Shown in pieces: positions 12,503-25,178 of a stretch of DNA of 64,000 nt. Origin of the DNA: Botryllus schlosseri (taxonomy: Eukaryota); the NCBI GenBank assembly GCA_051294905.1, contig CM119371.1, positions 10,852,001-10,916,000 on the forward strand. The letters run 5' to 3'. The notes beneath the pieces were generated by a model. The model saw only the letters and a program-made list of their open reading frames with translations, was not told the DNA's origin and did no database searches. The translations under genes were made by a program, and so were the position numbers. How positions within the stretch are numbered: position 1 is the first letter of the stretch; every line of letters starts with the position of its first letter.

Positions 12503-13734
12503 CAGGGGTTCTCAGCCCTTTCTTGGCCGTGGCCCATTTTCTGGTTTAAAAATGTGCTGTGGCCCATCTGATATCTTGAAGTCATAATCCTGTTTAATTC
12601 GTGGTCATGGACAGCACCGTAATGCCTATTTCTCTAAAATATGCGCATTTTTTCTGACTGATGATATTGAAATCTCGATCTCGCGGGATATGAAATCGCG
12701 CGAAGCGCGAAAAAAATTTCAAGTTGAATAAATATCCTTCAACAAACGACCAACGTAATAATCTTGGGCCCCTCCGAGATCCCCCAATTGGGGATGTGGG
12801 TGCGGCAGTTACGGCCCTGGTAGATCATAAGCTGAAACTCCTAAGTAGATTATTTTCGTCCGCTGCTCCATTCGCGTCGCGAAACACAATGATCAGATCC
12901 CCGCACTGTGTAATTGGGACTTTAGTGATACTATTGTGGGGAATATTATAATCATTCTGGGCCTGTATCGAACAATTCATGGTGAATGGGGTACTACAGT
13001 GAAGTGGAGAAAGATTTTTCAATATGCATGATGTATACTTCGTATATGTGTTGTACCAAAACAACTGAAGTTATGATGTCAGAACATTCAATCCAATGAT
13101 ACAATCAATTCCCGTGACTCTTTCAGTATTTACAATGATTTCTAGACCGGATAAATTAAACCCACTTCAAAGATTAATGCGCTCCGATAAATCCTCAATC
13201 CATTAAGATTCGTTGTTGCCGTGGTGCAGTATACCTCCGCCAGAAGTTGCTAATAATTTGCAATTATGGCTATGTTTAGGTTGCAATAATACGGCCTGCC
13301 GAAGTGCGGTAAATCTGTACATCAATTGCACTTCATTGCAAGTTCATTGCATACCCCGGCATACGACATATGACTTTGCCGGAATACTTGGTTACTTCAG
13401 CATTCTCTTCCGGTTATTATACGCTTGAAATTATTTTAGTTGCTGTTAGCCGTAGGTTTGTCACAGCCAGTAGAAAAAGCCACCGTTTCTTCCGAACGTT
13501 TTCGATTTGTACATGCTGACTTCATGCTTGCCAATACGTCTAGTCAGAGTCGGATGAAAAGCTTTATGTAGCATACGTATAATTAGATAATACGAATATA
13601 TATTTTTAGCGGAAAACATAAGAAATATTACTAAACTTACATTAATACTGAAATTTTCAGAATGGCTCTGTGGCCCACCTCAAAATGCTCTGTGGCCCAC
13701 CAGTGGGCCATGGCCCACCCTTTGAGAACCCCTG
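12503..13734. mobile_element. hAT MITE ~1.23 kb, copy 1
   Basis: TIR CAGGGGTTCTCA / TGAGAACCCCTG, perfect TSD GTTTAAGC, GTGGCCCA subterminal repeats. Second copy at 45908-47133. Confidence 0.9.
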
Positions 13735-14061
13735 GTTTAAGCCATTCGGATGCTTTATTCAAAGATAGTGGTTCTAAACTTGGTGGTAGCTTGCCCTTTT
13801 TGGGGGGTTCGCGAAGATGTGAACATAATCAACTTCCAAAATAGGCGGCCGTGCAAATGTGCCCGCCGACGTTTGATTAGTATTCACCTCAACATATGTT
13901 GGGCTGGGCTACGGAACATTTCCAAATTGGAAATGGATTTGCAACCATGAAAGGTTGGTAACCACCGGATATGCGTTGTTTATATAGCTCAGTGGTGCAG
14001 TACGCGCCGGCATTAGCGTGATAAATATTCTTATCGGTGTGACATGAACATGTTTGTACAA

Positions 14062-14681
14062 TAGGGCTTTTCAAAAATACCCTTTTTTCCTGAATCTTGC
14101 TGATTACTTGATTAAATCGTTAGGTTGCCTTAAAAAACGACGCACACCATATTAGAATTCATTCCAACCAATATTCGCGGATTTCATAGAGTTTGAAAAT
14201 TTTGAATTTGCCTAAAAATGCAACAAAAAAAATTGTTTCAAATTTTTTCTGCCAACCCCATGAAATTGTTGCGCTGTCTTCAAAAACGATTGAAAACAAA
14301 TTTGACTTAATTCCAAGCTGCAGAAGTGGAGTTATTCAAGCTTTTTGATGATAATTCTGGGATGATCCACCAATCAAGGATAATCTCAGAATTATCAAAG
14401 AAAAACTGAAATAACTCCACTTCTACGGCTTCGAATTGAGTCAAATTTGTTTTGCATCGTTTTTGAAGACAGCGCAACAATTTCATGGGGTTGGCAGAAA
14501 AATTTGAAAAACATTTTTTTTGCATTTCTAGGCAAATTCAAAATTTTCGAACTCTACGAAATCCGCGAATATTGGTTGGAATGAATTCTAATTTGTTGTG
14601 CGTCTTTTTTTAAGGCAACCTAACGATTTAATCAAGTAATCAGCAAGATTCAGGAAAAAAGGTTATTTTCGAACAGCCCTA
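14062..14681. mobile_element. 620-bp foldback (near-palindromic) hAT-type MITE
   Basis: TAGGGC...GCCCTA ends, arms complementary over roughly 270 bp, perfect TSD TTGTACAA. One arm recurs at 33053-33300. Confidence 0.9.
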
Positions 14682-14970
14682 TTGTACAATTACGTTCCTT
14701 GTATTTTCGCAGTCATTTTCTTCATCACCTCTACCGCTAACTTTGATCATTTGGGCGGAGAGAGGATCAAAGTTATATAGTAATATATGGCAGAACCAAT
14801 ATTATTGACATAATTCATTCAAATCATTTAAATACAAGATACATATGGTAAAGCCCAGGGCCAGAAGTTGCATCGATCACCCTACTGTGGGCTCAAGATC
14901 AGTGTTTATTTGGCGGGAGGGAGCTGAAAAAACGAGGTTTAGGCCCTTGCTACAACTTAACACACACAAC

Positions 14971-16407
14971 CAATGTTCCCTCTAATTCTTCACGAGTCTG
15001 CGCAAATACGCCAACTCATTGCGCAGGCCCTTGGACAACAGTGCGCAACCAGGCCCGCCCCCATAGGGTGATAAACCGAACTTCTGGGGGCCGAAGCTCC
15101 CCATACCCCTCTCAGGCTACACGCTTTTCACCGCTACTAATCATCTATACCTGGTCTTCGTTTAGTGGGCGTTTCGCCTAAACGCGCGAGGCGCGAAAAA
15201 TTTCTATCATTCATGATCAAATGGGTCAATATCATCGGGAATTGTATGTATTGCTATCAATTTTAATCCTGTCTCTGCTCACGTAATCACTTTTACAGGT
15301 AAAGCTGATCAAGTGAGATGTGTTGGAAAAAGTAGGACCCCTAAATATAATTAAACATCTTCGGGCGTACCCGTTGGTATAATTACTTCCTTAATACTTC
15401 ATGCTATTTCGTGAGCTCCTATCTGCTATATGCCAAAAGATATTGAAATCTGGACATAAGTCACTTTGATTCCACTGCGACGATATAGTGACATACTATG
15501 GATTACTAGAAGACAGACATACACGCACGAGAACGCACTTGAAATCAATACATGCGATCGATGTAGGCCTATCGCGTTAAAACACTGATGTGACGTCTTA
15601 ATACCAGCAATGCACTCATTACTATCAAGACATACAGTCAGATATAATGATACGAATATTCAAGTCTGATTGAAGCAAGAACAAGATCAGCGTATGACCT
15701 TATCGACAGAAGATACGCGTTCAAACGAATCGAATAAAATCACAAATTTGTGATGCTGAGAAGCTGATCTACTGCAACGCCCTACAGTGCATATAGTTGC
15801 TGCATTTCCCGATCAACGTTTGCAAAGGGATGGATTTTTTAACAATATTGGTGCTTGTACTTGCATATTCTGCATATTATCCTATATCACCATAAGTGAT
15901 TAGATTCGCCTGATGGAAATTCGCGACATGTAATTGTACAGTAAATCTTACACGATATTCATGACACGCGGAGAAGACTATTCGTTAGTTTCTCGCAGTT
16001 AACTTCTAGCTAGCCCATTGTTATTTATAATTTTATTAAACCACGTTATTTCGCCATTCCCACAAAGGATTGCGCTATTGATATGGTATCAGTATCGCTA
16101 ACGCGTACGATACCATAGTAAAAGAAAAATATCTTTCGTGAGTCGCACACGATTCTCATTGCTTCGCGGAGCGCAATATTTGCCTTTTCGGAGGCCTACC
16201 TCGGTTTCAGACTTCAGCGATAGCACTATTTACCCCTCTCATTTTTCTCGAGTCAGAGCGCCTGCGCGATGCCTTGGACAAGAGTGCGCAACGATTAAAA
16301 AAAAAGTCAACACTCCGGATTTTTTGTGCGCAGCCTCGATTTTCTGTGCGCAGAGACCGTTTCAGCACTGCGCATTTGCGCACGTGCGCAGCTTAGAGGG
16401 AACATTT
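14971..16407. mobile_element. hAT-type MITE, CA(A/G)TGTTCCCTCTAA family, long form
   Basis: TIR CAATGTTCCCTCTAA / TTAGAGGGAACATTT, perfect TSD CACACAAC, TGCGCA repeats. Relatives at 38422-38606 and 55900-57122. Confidence 0.85.
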
Positions 16408-19322
16408 CACACAACCACATACCCGTTGAACCGGATCGTGACCACCTCTAATCTTTAGACAAAGCTTTACTGTTGAGACGTCATATTGATCGACCATGCG
16501 CTCATACCTCATTTTCAAATCCGCTAGTGGGTGCTAAAGAGCGTCCGGATTTTTTTTTTTGAAACAAAAATATGGTCACCCTAATATATTACCATTCCCC
16601 GAACCAGTTTGATAATTTGTTGAATCCTTGGTTGTGCCAATTCACGGCGTTCCGAGTTGCAAAAGTCCTTTGATTGTATCTTTTGACGCGCCTCGACACG
16701 CGGCATTTTTATTTTATCACACGTTTAGTCCGAGTTCGGGTAATTCTACAGAAGTTCGCGCCCAAGAACAAATCACATTTTCTGTTACGAATTATCAACG
16801 GGTCATGTTTTACCATCAAACACAAATAATGTGACGTAATAGTTGATCTTTCACTGCGTGGTGTGATGTAATAATGAAGTTTGATGAGTAGTTTCAAGCT
16901 TCTGGAGTAGTTTTAGAGCGTATATCCCGTTCTCAAATTAAAATAAAAGATACTTGGCAGTTGAATATTGTCGAATATTCGAAATTCAAATTGCCATCGC
17001 AGGCCACACGAAATGATCTCGCGTGTCTGGGACATGCCCTATGCCCTATGTCTGCCCTATGTAATAGTTGAATGAAATATTTCACGAGAAATGTCATTTT
17101 AGGTAATTCGACAGTCGGATTTCAATTAATTACACAATTTGCCTTCATGAATGGCTATTTATAGTTTGCGCCATATGCCGATGGTTGGCAACATGGCGCT
17201 CTCGGCCCCATGTAGCCTGATGGCGCCTTAACACTTCCTAAGGTCGCCATAACTCACCATATTCCATTTTTCCATTAGGATTTAATACTGAGGGCAAACA
17301 ATTGTTCCTTTAGTTCGCAACCTTCACCAGTGTTTTGAAGTAACGCTTGTTACCTTGTTTCTCTACATTGACATTATATGTAATATAGCCGATTTATTAA
17401 TATTCCCCGGCGCAGTTGAAGGGAAATGGTGCACTGAATTATTAATATTTAAATTTTCGCAATCTTCGGGAAAATGTCATACTCTTGATAAACGTTATGT
17501 ATTATTCTGAGATGGGATAACCACACGCTACCGAACGTCGCAATACAGCGTCGGCGATTGAGCTGGGTAACCCGCAATCAAAAAGGAATGTTTCTAAGTT
17601 TAACGCGTGTTGCATAATCAGTTGCGGTACCAGGGATGAAACACGTCCTTTCCTTTCGACGGTGCTGTTGCGATAGTTCCTGATTGTTTGACTTCCGAAT
17701 ATAACATTTTCTAGTTTTAGATGCGGAATTTAACATGGGTGAGGGTGGATAATGTTCAGATTTGAAGTTTTATGGCAGTATGCGCGGTATCGTATCCTAC
17801 ACTAACAGCCGTCTATTCAAAAGTAACGAAGGAATACTTAGAAATCGCAGTTGACATCCAAAGGTTGGAAGCAGAAGAGAGGATTGGGATGTAGAATACA
17901 TGATAATGGACTTTGCCCACATTATAAGACGAGTATCAGAAAACGCCCAGAAGGATCACAGATATACCGAGAAGACATTGATTGACTTATATCTGATTGA
18001 TGGACTTTGCCTAGCTTTTTCGACTAAGTAGGCTATTTCCGAATTTTGTATTGAGTGTGGTACGCAGTGGCGTTGCAGGCTTTGCGCCATGAGCAGCATG
18101 CTGCTAGGGAGCGGCAAAATGAGACGTTATTTCTGGGGCAAGTTTTTTACAGCTTCCGACAGCTTCCTAAATACTCGTAAGATATGTAGTATGCTGTTTT
18201 AAGCTGTTGGAAGGAATCTCATAGTGCAACTATTTGCAAATTTTTTCCATGTAACTTTTTGCAACTTTCTCAATTTTTCATTCAAGTATTTTCGATTTTG
18301 GTGAAATACACGGCGAAATTCGACTGAAACATCGTAAATAAGCACCGAAGTAACGCCTTTACGACTATTTCGGGAGCTGAGCCGGCAAATTGGCCTTTTT
18401 TCTTAGTCAACCGAGCAAAATGTGGTCAAAGTGCAACTTCTACCACTTTTCAACTTTTTTTTCAAAAATAAATGCAACTTTTCACGGATTTGACTACAAC
18501 AAATACTTGCTCTAGTAACTACGTTTTATTTTGGTCAACACAACAATATTTTCATTAAATGTAATTGAAAAGATTGAAACTATTTCAAAATATGGGCGGC
18601 ATTTTCAACGAGAGTCATGGACAGCATATGCTCCTACGCCGTTGGTCGTACGTACAGCATTTGCGACTAGAGTTACTACTAAATTTGTGAATTAGGAGGA
18701 GCATAGAGGTGGTCGGCTAAAATGACAAAAAATTCGAGCGTCAGCAAAAAAACTATCGCTACACCAACAAACGCAGGTACTATCTTAACGTGTTTTTCAA
18801 TGATGATCATCAAGAACTTATAGAGCTGCGGCATCATCAAGCTGATACAGAAGTAAGCCACATCCGTGTTTTATTTACTGGCATTTTACCCCAATTACAG
18901 TATTTGAATTAACATGTGCAACTGAGTATCGCTCCGAAATCAATAACAAAAGATACATTTTATTCCTAGATGTAAATAAATACACCCTCGAAACATTGCA
19001 CAATCCATTAGAGAAAAAGTAGCGAGCTTTGTTGCAGAACACTGAAGAGGCGAAACATAAAAATGTTCTTACAGGCCGCTCTGATATCGAGTTGCGAAAA
19101 AATGAATTTGATATAATAATACTTTGGATGATGGTTATTTCCATGTATTAGAGTCGCAACTACTTTAATCCACTACGGGAGCAAGTTTTTCATCAATTTA
19201 TGGTCCGCTAGCGTCAGAAGGTCAGCTTCTAGCTCTTAAAAGTGGTAATTGGTTGTACGGAATATTTTGCATAATTTCTCATGTGCAGCGTGCAGAGTTA
19301 AATGTGTCATATGTATCGAGAT

Positions 19323-21262
19323 CAGACATGGGGTAATCGCGATTAGTAATCGTAATCGATTACGACGATTACAACATTTTCAAGTAATCGTAATCGCAAT
19401 CGATTACATTTGAAAAAATCCCGAAGTAATCGTAATCGTAATCGACTACTTCCCATATCTACTCGATTTCTTTGTGAAAGAACGATTACTTTTTATTTAT
19501 GCAAGGACTATGACATAAAACTGAACATTCGCGAACAACGAACAAAGATTATATAATTAGTGATAGCAAAAACGTATGATTTTCAATGGCCACTGCTCAT
19601 CATTATTACGTCAGAAGTATCAGCTTTGCTCTCCATTGCGTAAGAAGTATCCACACATAGGAAATAGATATTCGATGTACAATTTACAATTGCACATTGT
19701 AGTGTGACTGTCAGATCCCCCGCCGTGCTGTATATCAGGTTATCAATACACTCCAGACGCCACTACCTCGCAGCAGCATAATAATCACCACTGTGCCTAT
19801 AGTTTTAAATATAGTAACTTATGTATTGATGTATCGTTATGCTTATAGTTAAACGCGGTGTGACCGTTGGTGCGAGCAGTAGTAGGCCTTTTGTAGCACG
19901 TACGAACACCGGACAAAGATTTTGTACTCTTCAAATAAAACATTTCGATTTCCACAACAAAGCATTAAAAATCAACAGCTGCAGTCTAAAGATAGGCTCT
20001 AGGGCTGGGCAAAATCGAGTATCTGAGTGGTTCGATTCTGAATCACGTAATATGCTTCGAGTCGAGTCGAGTAATCGAGTATCACTCATTATGTTAAAGT
20101 TCAAATATTTATCATTAATGCCACCACAAAGAATATAATGCCTGTTATCCGTCATATTAAAGATACTTCTGTATTTTTCCGACCATACCGATTTTATTGG
20201 ACTTGGTGACAATGTTGTGGGACGATCATGACTTCGAAAATGTGCTAGTTCCAGTAACGTTCGCAGCTTTGTACTAAATGTTTTGTATGCTACGATACGG
20301 CCAATCAAGGTTTCAAGGCTTCAACAGTGAAATTACAGTCGAAACTATTATTCTCGTGGAAAAATGAACTTTCAGTGCCGAGGAGCGTAATATTTCAATA
20401 CTCGAAAAAATCGTGTTTTACTACTCGACTCGAATCATTACAATTAATACTCGATTCAGATTCGAGTACTCGAATCATTGTGCCCAGCCCTAATCATGAC
20501 CAAGTCGTTCTTTGCCGTTTCTCGTAACGGCAACTTGCAGTATCTTATTAAGTGGAAGGCAGAATTTTATGTTCACTTAATCTTATCCTCATATGACTCT
20601 GCTTGAAACGGGTACCACTCATCATCTCGCAATTCTTTACTCAACATGTGAAACTGCCGCTATAGCCATCAGCTTTTACGCCATGTTAGCGAGGGTTGAG
20701 GCTAGAATCAGAACCAAAACAGCAATTCGTCCCCCACTGCAAACGATTGGGCCCCCCTAGAACGGTACATTTTCAAGTTGAAGACAGAATTTAGTCTATA
20801 ATATTAGTAATTGCATTACATCACTATTGATTTTTAATCCTATCACACACCCCGTTGGTCAGATTGACCTGTAGGCTAGAGCTGGGGGCACGTAATTCAT
20901 AAATATATCATATGGTATGTTGTTATGATTACTTCATTGTATGTTGTTAATTCGTGACCTCCGGTCTGTTATATAATCAAAAGATATTGTAGTCGCCCAA
21001 ACGTAGCAGATTAACAGAAGTACTTTCGTGAGATGCACACACAAATTGTACTTTTGAGTCCCCTTCGAGTTCCCTCGCCAGCCTATTGGGGATGTTGAGG
21101 TGCGGTAGTTACGGACCTGGCAAGAATGCAAATCGTTGGGTGCGATAAATCGTCCCCTATAAAGTTGGGCAGCTGGTACATTCTGACGTAACAAGCAAAT
21201 GACATTCAGAAGTAATCGTAATCGCAATTGATTACATTCATGAAGTAATCACCCTATGTCTG
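19323..21262. mobile_element. hAT-type element with (GTAATC)n subterminal arrays; contains a TAGGGCTGGGCA-ended insert at 20000-20492
   Basis: Ends CAGACATGGGGT / ACCCTATGTCTG, TSD ATCGAGAT/ATAGAGAT. The inner element has TIR TAGGGCTGGGCA / TGCCCAGCCCTA but no clear TSD. Confidence 0.8.
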
Positions 21263-21376
21263 ATAGAGATGTATGTGTGATATACACGGGAAATGCAAAG
21301 TCAATGGCAACGATAAAGCCACAAGAAAACATCGATATTGAGATATATTCTATAATGTACTTTGACCTTAACTCAC

Positions 21377-21476
21377 CTATGGTACAACATGATGATAGTA
21401 GCTAAAATCAGTATTGCCACTAATACACATACGACTATCCCACCGATGACTTCCGAACGAAGATTTGCCGTGACAT
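21377..21476 (-). CDS. Gene B exon 5: transmembrane helix (DVTANLRSEVIGGIVVCVLVAILILATIIMLYHR)
   Basis: Acceptor TTTGCAG, donor GTGAGT, 100 nt, phase 1-2, a run of more than 20 hydrophobic residues. Same length as and homologous to gene C exon 36738-36837. Confidence 0.9.
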
Positions 21477-22625
21477 CTGCAAAGGGATAGGTAGGTTATG
21501 TTTTTCAATATAGTATTATTGATCATATTCAGTATGCATACCCTTGCATCTGATGCCGTAAATTAATATATTCAATTACAAATAGAGTTGACAAAGACAT
21601 ATCCTTGGGATAAACTTTGAAATCGAAAGATTGGAAAAATACCCCGGTAGCAGTTTGAAGAGTTAGCTGAGGACCAGGTCTTGTAGACTTTCGTTAGTCT
21701 ATCGCCGGTGGCAGTTTGCACATTTCTAGCACGACATAAAAGGTTCACTATCAATGCTATAGGCTACTATGTGTACGTGACGCAGGGGCACCATCGCCAG
21801 GTTGATATGACAATATCACCATATCAGTCACGAAATCAACCAAAAATTATTGAATTCCGTTGATAATTTCACTCTTCGGAAACAGGAGCCATCTTTGCTC
21901 TGCTGACAATTTTTTTTTTAAATGACCAGTTATAATCAGGATTGTACCCCAAAAGGCCTCCTAAGACTAGCCCAGTGTCAGGCTTCCCGAATAATCATAT
22001 AAGTCCGAAATCTGAACACTGGGTATATGCATCCTTCTCCGTCGTATCGTGAATGAATAGTTAACTCTACCAATGCAAGGAATATAGGTTACCGGCATCG
22101 CTCGACACGCAACGGCATCGATAGTGATCCAATTTGTTATTATATTTATAACATAGTTATTTTCATAATTAGCATTATTTCAGCTACACAAACTTGAATT
22201 TAGTTGTCTTTTGGGTTCCCCTCGTATTGCCTTTGCGATGAAAGTATCGTGTTTGGAAATTTGAATTTGGGGTACTATGTTCAAACATCTTGGAAATTGC
22301 TGCAATGTTCTACTGTTTATCAAAAACATTCCAGGCGCACGGGCTCAATAAGGTTGTTCAGCTCAGTTAGCGCGAACTTCTGAATTATCAAGTTTCTCAC
22401 ACCGTGGATGAGCGACACCAGAACCCTCTACCTCAGTCCTAAAGATGGTACATTCGGAGTGGAAACAACTCTTTCGTTATCTTTTGTGGGTGGGCAGAAT
22501 CCACCTAGTATTATTTGAGAGTTGATATAAAAACACGTTACTTGGTGTTGTAACGATACGGTCGGGAAAACCATGACTGCCAATGCAGTATTCACAATTT
22601 TTAAACCTTGTACAGTATTACTAAC

Positions 22626-22772
22626 CGTTGTACGTAGTTGTTAAAGCAGAAGTTCCTGTTACGCTCTGGAACAAAGTTTGCCCGTCCTCGCTTGTCTTTG
22701 TGAAATCCAAAGTGTCTTTGGCGTCAAGATATGTAGCCGAGATATATTCGTCTGTATTGAACGACTCTGTCG
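22626..22772 (-). CDS. Gene B exon 4: Thr/Ser-rich stalk (TTESFNTDEYISATYLDAKDTLDFTKTSEDGQTLFQSVTGTSALTTTYN)
   Basis: Acceptor TTGACAG, donor GTTAGT, 147 nt, phase 1-1. Homologous to 42954-43055 (TE.F.T.EY..ATYL...DT...TS.DG). Confidence 0.85.
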
Positions 22773-23029
22773 CTGTCAATTTAAATGAAATCACACAACA
22801 TGTGGTAATATTATTATATTATCCATTCACAAAGTCAAAGTGACTATTTCTACCCTGTATTTTCAATTGTCAATGCCAATCCACTATGATGACACAATTG
22901 AATATTCGTGACGTCATGGCTTGAAAAAATACATAAGAAACAGTAAAAAACTTGTTTTAAATTAGGGCCTTGTTTTAAACATGTTTGTCTTAAATTGATT
23001 TTTGTTTTAAATGCAAACCTACTCGCATG

Positions 23030-23235
23030 AATCCAATGGGTCTCAGGTGCCGACTTCTAACAGCGTGACTCACAGTGTTTCTGGGCTTTCAAGGTACTAT
23101 TAGTACAGTGGGATCAGCGATGAGGTACCCGATTAACCTCCGACAAATATTGAAACTAGAACGAACTGGGGTTCGAACCAGCCACCATCGGTGTCTTAGC
23201 GCAGACGTTACACGCACTGCGCTGCGGCCCTCTCC
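23030..23235 (-). mobile_element. Probable tRNA-derived SINE
   Basis: Minus strand has an A-box-like CAGCGCAGTGCG and a consensus B box GGTTCGAACCC at tRNA-like spacing, with no complete cloverleaf. The 3' boundary is approximate and only one copy is seen. Confidence 0.5.
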
Positions 23236-23969
23236 TCCTAACTCAACACGTGTTAAAGGTGCTGGCGATGAAGCTCGCTGTACCGCAGCAATTCGACAGT
23301 CGACGTAAGTGAGCCTTCAGGAATTTCTGTATATTGACATTAAAGTTTAAATGAAGAGTGCTCGCAGTTATATATTTATTCATCTTAGTAATCTACAAGT
23401 CTGACGAATGTTTTTTCAGAATCGATTTCTGAAATGAATTGGGTTATTCTCTCTATGGATTAGGTAGGTAGGTATTTTGCAGTGCTGCAGCATGTCAGCG
23501 TTGCTTTCCCAGAGAACATTTCATTTTACTTCGTAAACGCATGACGGTACGAAAAACGAAGTGCAATTGAATCAAATGTACAGAAGCGCATGTTCCAGAC
23601 TAGTCGGCAGTTGTATGATTCGAAAATAAATTTTCCTAGTATATATAGACTTACCTCATAAAGGCTCAAACTATTGACCAAGCCAGAATCGATTTAACAT
23701 ACCACACATTTATAATATATTGCTTATATATGGTCCTTAAAATGCGTGTTGATACGACGATGCATAAGACGCAATGTTTTACCATACCCAAGGATGGCGT
23801 GTGTCCGAAGTTCCAGAACCGCAGTCCTAATTCTATATCATTATGAAATATGAAGGAGAGACTAGCGACACCTATGCGGTGGGGGAGACTTCGAGTAAAT
23901 TAAAAATGCGGATTAGTTAAATATCAGAGAGCTTCTTGGAGGTGCAGAACTACAGTATACAATTGAATG

Positions 23970-24169
23970 GTGTATTCATATTACAATGAACCCGAATAAT
24001 TTCGGCTGACACTCGTCAGCGGTAGTCGTCATAAACTAGTAGAGATTGGAAAGAACATTGCGTATCTACAATCGTATCCGATGTTCTTTTTAATTCTCTG
24101 CTAATTGCTGACGATTACCCCTGACGAGTGTCAGCCGAAAATATTCGGGTTCATTTCAATATGAATATA
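23970..24169. repeat. ~200-bp imperfect palindrome; each arm carries a minimal hammerhead-like motif; third, partial copy at ~59750-59830
   Basis: Arm AATGAACCCGAATAATTTCGGCTGACACTCGTCAG is nearly the reverse complement of CTGACGAGTGTCAGCCGAAAATATTCGGGTTCATT. Confidence 0.8.
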
Positions 24170-24290
24170 TTAATTAATTATTCAATAGTTAGCCTACTTA
24201 TTGATAAATGATTTTCTAAACCGATGCATAGCCTACTGGGCATTTATGGTGTAGGCAAAATGAAGCATTATAAGATTCACTGTATCGTAC

Positions 24291-24401
24291 TTTCGATATG
24301 ATTGTGGTTCCGTACGAAAGAAGTTTCAAAAGCTCGCGGTAGTAACGGCGAAGCTGCTGTCCCTGTTGTAAATGTGTACGAGGTTGATGTACTTGCTGAC
24401 G
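24291..24401 (-). CDS. Gene B exon 3: Ser/Thr-rich stalk (ASASTSTSYTFTTGTAASPLLPRAFETSFVRNHNHIE)
   Basis: Acceptor TGTTTTAG, donor GTACGA, 111 nt, phase 1-1. Same length and HxxIE end as gene C exon 47665-47775. Confidence 0.85.
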
Positions 24402-24708
24402 CTAAAACAAGTATCTGTATGTTATTATTAGATTTTACACGAGGCATTGTGAGATGTAATAGTAAACATGCAGGGGATGATGTGAATAGACCTCACTATG
24501 GTCTTTCATGGCAATAATTGCACATGAAAAACGAGAATGATTAGTTGTTGTCTCATACTTAATATATATCGAGAGTTGTGACATAAGATCATTGAGCTTT
24601 CATAACATTATTGGCTCTAGCGATGTTGACGTGGGCGCCTGACACTTATATTCATACATTGTGTATATCAACATATACCTTTCAATAGATACTTACAAGT
24701 TTTTATCA

Positions 24709-24892
24709 CAGTGGTTACCAACGTTTTTACGCTTGTGGCACACTGGGATCATTATAAAACGCTCGTGGCACACTCATAAAACAGATCCTTGTTAATACCA
24801 AAATATACTACTGAAATGAGGTTATATTGCACTGTTCAGAAACAAACCGATTTCTTCGCGAATTCTGAGCAGTCTCTCTCGCTCTCCCTCTT

Positions 24893-24927
<35 letters not shown>

Positions 24928-25162
24928 TAGGCCTACAGCTTTATCGTGATTGGTTTTAATATAATGATTACATGGGCCCATTTATCAACTCATATATGTA
25001 ACTGAGTTAAAGCGCTTCCTAGACGTATATGATTGCCTGAATGCATGTATATATAGGTATATATATATAGAGTTATTTCCCAAAATTTAAAAATGTCCAG
25101 ACACTACAGAGAATCTATGGCGGCACACTAATGTGCCTAGGCAGATAGTTTAAGAATCGTTG
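24709..25162. mobile_element. Degenerate hAT MITE containing a (CT)n microsatellite (~24872-24924)
   Basis: Left TIR CAGTGGTTACCAAC, GGCACAC subterminal motifs at both ends, decayed right TIR GTTTAAGAATCGTTG. No TSD recognisable. Confidence 0.55.
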
Positions 25163-25178
25163 CAAGATATGAACGTAT

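Larger units (their letters stand above)
12171..16583. mobile_element. hAT (Blackjack-like TIR) host element containing at least three nested elements
   Basis: Ends TAGGGTTGCC / GGTCACCCTA, TSD ATGTATTA/ATATATTA. Confidence 0.7.

Noticed and set aside
18679..19144. Hydrophobic minus-strand ORFs resembling a membrane protein
   Set aside because: No convincing splice sites, motif or paralogous counterpart; compatible with chance in AT-rich intron DNA.
23160..23232. tRNA gene
   Set aside because: B box present but no acceptor stem or complete cloverleaf; treated as a SINE head.
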